64,000 nt of DNA from positions 744-64,743 of the forward strand of contig JAYENL010000256.1 in NCBI GenBank assembly GCA_034722055.1. The letters are read 5' to 3'. The notes under the pieces were generated by a model, which worked only from the letters and a program-made list of their open reading frames with translations, searched no databases and had not been told where the DNA came from. This DNA comes from Armatimonadota bacterium (GTDB lineage: Bacteria > Armatimonadota > Zipacnadia > Zipacnadales > UBA5352). This document shows, in pieces, positions 60,942 through 64,000 of the stretch (positions are counted from its first letter, which is position 1; each line of letters opens with the position of its first letter). The position numbers were made by a program, and so were the translations under genes.

Positions 60942-62348
60942 TCAGGCCTCGACCACCTCGAACCCCGCCAGCCGGCCGACCTCTTCGAGCTGGTCAAGGT
61001 AGTCGCCCAGCACCAGCGCGAAGTGATGCCCGAAGTCCTGCTCCAAGCGGAAGAACCGCTCCGCGTCATCGACCCGCATGTGGTAGGCCAGGCTGCAGCC
61101 GACGTCCATGTACCCGGTGCAGTCCACGACCTCGCCGGTCTCCACCAGCAGGCGCGTCCCCGCGGGGTTGAAGCGCGCGATGGTGACGGGCTCGCCGACG
61201 TCGCGGGAGATGTCGTAGCGCAGCGTGCCGCCCCAGCCGCCCATCGTGAAGTTCTTGATGCCGTAGGGCAGGTCAGGCTGGTCGAAGCCGTGCATCTTCA
61301 GCCCCGGCATGTCATGGCCCAGGCGAATGATGTTATCCTCGCGGTCGGCCACTGACGTATTGCCCATGTACGGGGTCTTGCGCGAGACGTACATCAGCGC
61401 CGCGATCGACATCAGCACATTCACGTCGCCCTCACAGGCGCTGGGGATGCCCTCGTCCTTAAGCAGGCTGTGGGCGAGGCAGAAGGTCACCCGCTCCTCG
61501 GCCATCGCCTGCGTGGCACAGATCTCGAAGCACGGCAGCGTGAGGGCGTTCGCCTCGTGCCTGGCCAACGTGCAGCGGGCCGCCACATAGAAGCGCACCG
61601 AGGGCAGGAGCTGGTCCTCGTCCATGTCGCTCTGCTCGGCGTTGGCGATCAGCTCGGCGGTCAGCTCACGCGCCTGCTCCGCCTCCTCCTGGGGCAGCTC
61701 CCGCATGGCGTCCAGGAGCTCCTCAGCCGTGATCAGCTCGTGGTGCACGCCGTAGCGACGCTTGAGGTTCTCCAGGTCGCCGATGCTGCTGACCACGCCG
61801 GTGGGGATGACGTTGCCCTTCAGGGCGATGAGCATGCGCGTGTGCTGCAGGGCCTTCCTGACGCGCAGCAGGGACAGGAAGCGGTTGAGGTCCTCCCAGT
61901 CGAAGAAAGCGTAGCCCTCCAGGTCCCTGGCGCGCAGGTAGGCGGTGACGTCCACGGTCGAGACGTGGCCGATCATCGCCAGGGGCTTGCGGAAGCGCTC
62001 GGCGATCCTCACCGCCGGGTACTGTGGCAGGCCCGAGTGCCCCACCAGGATCAGGTCCGCGTCGTAGATGTCCGGCGCCAGCCCCTCCACCTCGCCGTCG
62101 GGGACGACGAAGTCATCGGCCCACTGCACCAGGGCCGGCTCCAGCACCTCGGCATCGTCAGTCGCGTTCTCTTCGACAGCCGTCTTGAAGGCCTCGAAGG
62201 CCTGCCGGCCCCTGCGTCTGTCGGCTTCGGGCGTCAGGTTCTCCAGCTCGCCGACCCTGCACGGCCCCTCGTAGGCCGCCCTGTGGATGAGCTGCAGAAA
62301 TACCGGCTTGATCCGAACTCGTTGATCGAGCGCACGCTGTATGGCCAT
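60942..62348 (-). CDS. L-fucose/L-arabinose isomerase-like protein, paralog 4
   Basis: 'LPCFEICATQAMAEERVTFCLAHSLLKDEGIPSACEGDVNVLMSIAALMYV' (EGD block retained). 'IIRLGHDMPG' His block. The C-terminus 'GEVVDCTGYMDVGCSLAYHMRVDD...FGHHFALVLGDYLDQLEEVGRLAGFEVVEA' is colinear with the other three paralogs. Confidence 0.7.
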   Translation of the reverse strand: MAIQRALDQRVRIKPVFLQLIHRAAYEGPCRVGELENLTPEADRRRGRQAFEAFKTAVEENATDDAEVLEPALVQWADDFVVPDGEVEGLAPDIYDADLILVGHSGLPQYPAVRIAERFRKPLAMIGHVSTVDVTAYLRARDLEGYAFFDWEDLNRFLSLLRVRKALQHTRMLIALKGNVIPTGVVSSIGDLENLKRRYGVHHELITAEELLDAMRELPQEEAEQARELTAELIANAEQSDMDEDQLLPSVRFYVAARCTLARHEANALTLPCFEICATQAMAEERVTFCLAHSLLKDEGIPSACEGDVNVLMSIAALMYVSRKTPYMGNTSVADREDNIIRLGHDMPGLKMHGFDQPDLPYGIKNFTMGGWGGTLRYDISRDVGEPVTIARFNPAGTRLLVETGEVVDCTGYMDVGCSLAYHMRVDDAERFFRLEQDFGHHFALVLGDYLDQLEEVGRLAGFEVVEA

Positions 62349-62592
62349 GATCTTTCCTCCTCAGGTCGGACTGTACTGCGGGCTTCGCACCTTTCCCCGT
62401 GCGGGCGATGGGGCCTTCCACTGCGGGCGGCTCGGCGCGATTGAGCGATGGGGCCGCCTGGGCAGCCCGGCGCAGGGCCACAGGGAGGCGCCGGAATCAG
62501 AGCCTGGTCGCGCTCGGCCTCGTCAGATGTGCCACTCCGCCCGCAGGGGACCGGACCGGCCGCGTGGAAGCACTCTTCGGAGGTGAGGTGCC

Positions 62593-63576
62593 GTGCCGTC
62601 GATTACCCTTTGCGTCGCCCTGACGGTGGTGAGCGCCATGAGCACTCAGCGACAGCCCTACGAGTGGACCTGCCTGACCGACTCCGCCGCATTCGCCGCC
62701 CGCGACGGTGCCGGGCTGCTCAGCTTCAAGGGCAGGCTCTGGCTGCTGGGGGGCTGGAACCCTCTGGACAAGGAGCACTTCCCCCAGATCTGCAACTCCG
62801 AGGTCTGGGTCTCGGACGACGGTCGCGCCTGGGAGCTGGTCACTCACGCGCCGTGGGAGGGCCGGCACACGGCCGGCTACGCGGTGCACGAGGGCCGCAT
62901 GTGGATCGTCGGCGGCGACGCCAATCAGGGCCACTACCAGAGCGACGTGTGGTGCAGCGAGGACGGCGAGCACTGGGAGCTGGTGACCGACGACGTGCCC
63001 TGGGGCCCGCGGGTGCTCCACCACACCGTCGTCCACGATGGCTTCATCTGGCTCATGGGCGGGCAGACGCTGCCCCAGTTCGCGCCGGCGGAGGAGGTCT
63101 TCTACAGCGACGTGCGGCGATCCGCCGACGGGGCCACCTGGGAGAAGGTCACCGAAGGCGTGCCGTGGGCGCCGCGAGGGATGATCGGGGGCAGCGCCGT
63201 CTTCCAGGGTCGCATCTGGATCCTCGGCGGCGGGACCTATGACACCCCGGACCACCCAGACCGGATCTTCTACAACGATGTCTGGAGCTCCGCCGACGGC
63301 GTCCACTGGCAGCAGCACGTGGAGGCCGCGCCCTGGGCGGCGCGCCAGTACCATGAGGTGGCGGCGTGGGACGGGCGGCTGTGGGTGCTGGAGGGCTCCG
63401 ACGGCGCCAACCGCAATGACGTGTGGTACTCGGAGGATGGCGTGACCTGGACGGAGCTGCCGGACACGCCCTGGGCGCCCCGTCACGCGGCGAGCGTCGT
63501 GGTCCATGACGGCGCCCTGTGGGTCATCGCCGGCAACAACATGCGGCCGGACGTCTGGCGGCTGGACAGGAAGTAG
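62593..63576 (+). CDS. Kelch-repeat beta-propeller protein (six blades)
   Basis: GGAGGTG lies 7 nt before the GTG at 62593. Repeating units are 'GRLWLLGGWN...SEVWVSDDGRAWELV', 'GRMWIVGGD...SDVWCSEDGEHWELV', 'GFIWLMGG...SDVRRSADGATWEKV', 'GRIWILGGG...NDVWSSADGVHWQQ', 'GRLWVLEG...NDVWYSEDGVTWTEL', 'GALWVIAG'. Confidence 0.8.
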   Translation: MPSITLCVALTVVSAMSTQRQPYEWTCLTDSAAFAARDGAGLLSFKGRLWLLGGWNPLDKEHFPQICNSEVWVSDDGRAWELVTHAPWEGRHTAGYAVHEGRMWIVGGDANQGHYQSDVWCSEDGEHWELVTDDVPWGPRVLHHTVVHDGFIWLMGGQTLPQFAPAEEVFYSDVRRSADGATWEKVTEGVPWAPRGMIGGSAVFQGRIWILGGGTYDTPDHPDRIFYNDVWSSADGVHWQQHVEAAPWAARQYHEVAAWDGRLWVLEGSDGANRNDVWYSEDGVTWTELPDTPWAPRHAASVVVHDGALWVIAGNNMRPDVWRLDRK

Positions 63577-63627
63577 CCGCGCCAGCGCAATCGTGTAATG
63601 CCGCGGCCTGGCAGGCGCACTTAATCA

Positions 63628-64000
63628 ATGGGGAGGACGTTCCGTCGGCGGGCACCAGGATTCATGCTGTCGAGGGGGAATTGCACTGCGTACATTCGCT
63701 ATCGCCGTCATCGTCTGTTGTCTCATCGCCGGCCCAACTCTGGCCGATGGAGGCTTCGTGGGGCCGCGCCTGTCGGAACGCGCGGAGGGGCTGGCGGGCG
63801 CGGTCTTCGCGCTCGCGGTCATGCTCAGCGCCGGCAAGCGGCCGGTCTCCGCGGTGGCGGTGCGGCTGGCGGCGGTCGTCGCGGTCGCAATCACCATCTG
63901 GGGCGTCCAGGTGGCCACCATCATCGTCCTCCCGTTCGGCGCGCTTATCATGCTGCACCTCACCCTGCCGCGCGCTGGCGACGACGTCCCCTCCTCTCAG
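63628..64000 (+). CDS. Polytopic membrane protein, 3'-truncated by the window edge, start region frame-ambiguous
   Basis: A frame with very high GC3 encodes 'IALRTFAIAVIVCCLIAGPTLADGGFVGPRLSERAEGLAGAVFALAVMLSAG...VVAVAITIWGVQVATIIVLPFGALIMLHL' to the window end. It has no in-frame ATG/GTG/TTG after the TAA at 63596. ATGs at 63628 and 63664 lie in the adjacent frame, joined across the G5 run 63674-63678. Confidence 0.4.
   Translation, partial: MGRTFRRRAPGFMLSRGNCTAYIRYRRHRLLSHRRPNSGRWRLRGAAPVGTRGGAGGRGLRARGHAQRRQAAGLRGGGAAGGGRRGRNHHLGRPGGHHHRPPVRRAYHAAPHPAARWRRRPLLS

Noticed and set aside
1-64000. rRNA, tRNA, tmRNA, CRISPR arrays, prophage or integrase genes.
   Set aside because: I inspected every intergenic spacer longer than about 80 nt by eye. 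None shows tRNA-like T-arm (GGTTCGAATCC-type) motifs, rRNA-like sequence, regularly spaced short repeats or recombinase ORFs. A tRNAscan/Infernal run would be needed to exclude small RNAs formally.

Overview
High-GC (roughly two-thirds G+C by eye, not computed) bacterial chromosomal window, probably from an uncultured organism. Strong GGAGG-type Shine-Dalgarno sites, a prepilin/DUF1559-type protein and many very large secreted CAZyme-like proteins suggest an Armatimonadota-, Planctomycetota- or related-type genome; this is a guess. I support about 45 protein-coding genes. (1) 0-33 kb is a carbohydrate-degradation island. It holds about ten 600-1140 aa secreted proteins with BNR, DUF2961/GH172, DUF4091/GH123-like, clan GH-A, LamG and CBM-like modules. 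It also holds an S8 protease module, two orphan sensor kinases and a URO-D-family gene. (2) 34-46.5 kb holds three tandem L-fucose/arabinose-isomerase-like paralogs. Next comes a minus-strand unit of a URO-D-like protein, a RACo-like corrinoid activase (2Fe-2S + ASKHA) and a 10-TM PGCG-motif permease. This unit is divergent from an ArsR / NifX-like / SAM-methyltransferase operon that carries a duplicated junction around a 1.3 kb insertion. (3) 46.7-55.7 kb is a nine-gene, translationally coupled plus-strand operon: ABC-2 exporter, LolA-like protein, sigma-region-2-only membrane protein, BamD/TPR lipoprotein, YprB-like RNase-H-fold exonuclease, long coiled-coil membrane protein and a Gfo/Idh/MocA oxidoreductase. 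(4) 56.6-62.4 kb holds two paralogous RdhA/QueG-like Fe-S proteins, a Cys-rich protein and a fourth isomerase-like paralog. This block is split by a REP-associated tyrosine transposase (RAYT) flanked by near-identical 118-nt hairpin-rich repeats. No rRNA, tRNA or CRISPR array was recognised. Four coding frames break at short G/C runs, so indel-type assembly errors must be considered. Most long ORFs in the six-frame track that lie opposite the genes listed here are high-GC shadow ORFs. All family assignments come from motif recognition by eye; no searches were run.
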